From assembly GCF_902652985.1 (NCBI RefSeq), contig NC_047017.1, forward strand, positions 37,448,001 through 37,512,000: a stretch of 64,000 nucleotides of DNA, read 5' to 3'. The position numbers were made by a program, and so were the translations under genes. The notes beneath the pieces were generated by a model. That model saw only the letters and a program-made list of their open reading frames with translations. It was not told where the DNA came from and made no database searches. Shown here piece by piece: positions 61,171 through 64,000 of the stretch (within the stretch, counting starts at the first letter, position 1; each line of letters opens with the position of its first letter). The stretch comes from Pecten maximus. Its lineage: Eukaryota.

Positions 61171-64000
61171 ATATCATGCCATATCCTTTATCTAAAATCA
61201 CATAATGTATGTCGTTAAAAAAGACACTGACATGTACCATCCTACAACTGTAACAGATCACCAACAGAACTTTCTTTTCAGTCTAGTACTCGGGAAATAC
61301 TGAAGAGACTTTTCAAAAACCGACAAAAAAGGCATAACGAAAGCGTAATTCTAACTGGAAATAGATAAGACGAGCGGAAATACTAACAATGGTATAGATT
61401 TTCCTTGATAACCTTGAAAAAACACACGAAAAGACACCGTGTGTTCAGAAAGGGTAAGCGTCTTCTGCTTCATCGACGACGCCCGTCATACAAATCTAGG
61501 TCCCGGCGACACCCGTCATACAAATCTAGGTCACAACGACGCCTGTCATACAAATTTAGGTCACGACGACGCCCGTCATACAAATCTAGGTCACGGCGAC
61601 ACCCGCCATACAAATCTAGGTCACGACTGCGCCCGTCATACAAATCTACGTCACGACGACGCCCGTCATACAAATCCAGTCAAACTCGAGGGTAACTTGA
61701 CCCGCACTTTCTCTCAGAAAAAGTTTATTATTTTATCAAAGCATCTTTAATAAATATGTTTTTCACGTCGCCTTTCGTCTGATGTCAACCAACACTCATT
61801 GTATTAGATTTTGCATATTTCTTTTGATGCTAGTTGTGCAATATTTCCTTTATTTTTATATCAATTAAATATTGTCGGTTTCTAACGTTCTGACTGTGGG
61901 TGTGTCTTCTTACAAATACTGTCGTACGATGGTTCCGCTTTTATTCTGGTTGTGCAACACCACCTTGCTGTATTGTCAAGAACCATGGTCAATAGCACGA
62001 TTTTTCAACTTCCGCTTCCACAAACATTGATCCTAACACGAGATAATGAAACCAATTTGTTGAAATTAATAGCAATTGTTTCACAATAATATAATGTGTA
62101 GGGAATATGGTGAAAGGTCAAGGTCGTCGTGGTAAATACTGTCTAGCATAATGATCCAACGATTCAATGATCCTCCAGTGATGCAATGATCCAACGACCC
62201 AATGATTCAATGATCCAATGTTCCAACGACCGAATGATGCAATGATCCAACGACCGAATGATGCAATGATCCAACGACCGAATGATGCAATGATCAAACG
62301 ACCGAATGATGCAATGATCCAACGACCCAATGATACAATGATGCAATGATCCAATGATACAATGATGCAATGAAACAATGAACCAATGATACAATGATGC
62401 AATGATCCAACGACCCAATGTCACAATAATGCAATGAAACAATGATCCAATTATACAATGTCCCTTGTTGGCGAAAGATCAAAATCGAATGTATATCCCT
62501 TTATTGTTAAACACTGTGACGTAATATTATTGAGACTTAACTCCGAAAGGAACACTTTATCTTATCTTCTACGTTTAGATATTTATCTAGTTACATGTAG
62601 TTATGTATTTAGTACAGTAATTGGCATTTGAACAAGTAATGTATGCCATATCTAGATATGCTGACATGACCAATGGTATTTCCCGTTCCAGTCTCACAAA
62701 TGAATTCTTGATTTGAAAGTCAAACAGAATAAACGACATAAACACCGAATTGCCACTTCTTAGCGACACTGTGGAGAAGGTTGACGGACATGGAGGGCAC
62801 AGGACTTGCGTTCCCTTGCATCATGCGACGCGGCGACACACTCTGGAGAGAAGCGTGAATATGGCGAGAGATACAAGAATTTTTTTTTTCAATCAGATCT
62901 CAGAGAGAGATATCGTTTGCTTATCTAGTTCTGATCAACTTATTTTCGCATGTTCAGTAAAACAAATCGTTGTACGGTGTTGATTTCAGCGAAGAGTTCG
63001 CGATTTTCTCAGGCTAATGCACATTAATGACGCGATTGGAGACGAAGGATGGTTGTTTACGTTTTCACTGCTAAAAAAGGCGAGCCTGTGACGGTTTCGC
63101 ATACTTTATAAACTTCGTCCGTGATTATATATGGCTTGGTCGATCGATGTCTCCAGAATATTTCTGTTTGTGTTATTTGTCTGTTTTCTGTGTCAAAGCC
63201 ATGAAATAGCGAACACATTTGGGACGGGGTTATGATCGAGGGAGTGTTGGGGTATTTGCCAAGCGGAAATGAATAGAAGTGAAAGACGTTTATCGCAGTA
63301 ACTATAACGATTATATTATTCTTTCCAACAAATTGTATGACGTTACGGAAACTTAAAAAAAAAAAACAACGTAACGTCGACAATGTGTTGTATTTGTGCA
63401 ATGTCAATGATCTTTAAGACCACTGGACGGATTGATAATGTCATAAACTAGAAAAAATAAGCATCTAATTAAAAAACCGATAATTTCTTCTCAAAAATCA
63501 TGGAAGACACATGTATGACAGTCAGTGGAGATACATTTTGAGGATTCATTTGAAAATGTCATAAATGTGATTTCAAAATGGTGGACGAGAGATACTTGTT
63601 TATGACATTGTCACCGCCACTGTGTATGTTCTTATTTTTCGTTGCTGATATCGAACCACGAAAATAAATACAACAAATATAGTCTCACAACTATTAGATT
63701 ACGTGGAGTATCCACGGAAGTCTGTACCACAAAGCTATTTAAACAGCTTGGCAAACCCTTAACATTTCGTATCACGCAGTAAGAGGTTGTCGCGGCGTAT
63801 TACCTACAGATTGTTAAACATTGTCGTCAAGTTCCAATATTTGTCACCAGAAGAACCGTTCGTTCTGTACATTTTCTTTTAGGCTGTCACCATTTGAGGG
63901 GAAACTTTAAATAAAGTGTAGCCGATTTGTTTCTGACCAGGTGAACAATGGCAATCAAGTGCTTAAATGATTGGGACAGACAGTATTTTATTTTCAAAAT

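Larger units (their letters stand above)
57666..64000 (+). repeat. Second tandem duplication, unit 2 (runs to window end)
   Basis: Colinear with 52116-57665; the last bases of the window match ~57615-57648. Confidence 0.92.

Overview
AT-rich, intron-containing animal genomic DNA, probably a bivalve mollusc. That assignment is inferred from Helentron/HINE-type satellite carriers, a V-domain-like tRNA SINE, a Helenus-type TRIM and expanded cGLRs. The left ~24 kb is a housekeeping block: the 3' end of an unknown gene with a Meteorin-like domain, ARMT1 (-) head-to-head with NAA80 (+), then CHAC2 (-), with many TE insertions. The right ~40 kb is a rapidly rearranging innate-immune locus. It holds four intact cGAS-like receptor (cGLR/Mab21 nucleotidyltransferase) ORFs of two subtypes (A on -, B on +) and one B copy truncated exactly at its catalytic motif. 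The A/B genes form divergent pairs with IRF/STAT/NF-kB-like promoter motifs and are co-duplicated with a ZDHHC22-like palmitoyltransferase. The locus was built by a 14.9-kb tandem duplication (junction at 39231) and a second ~5.5-6.4-kb tandem duplication of cGLR-B (junction at 57666). Inverted gene conversion gave cGLR-A2 a B-type C-terminus and 3' flank, creating a large inverted repeat around the A2/B1 5' halves. All family assignments are from motif recognition, not database searches.
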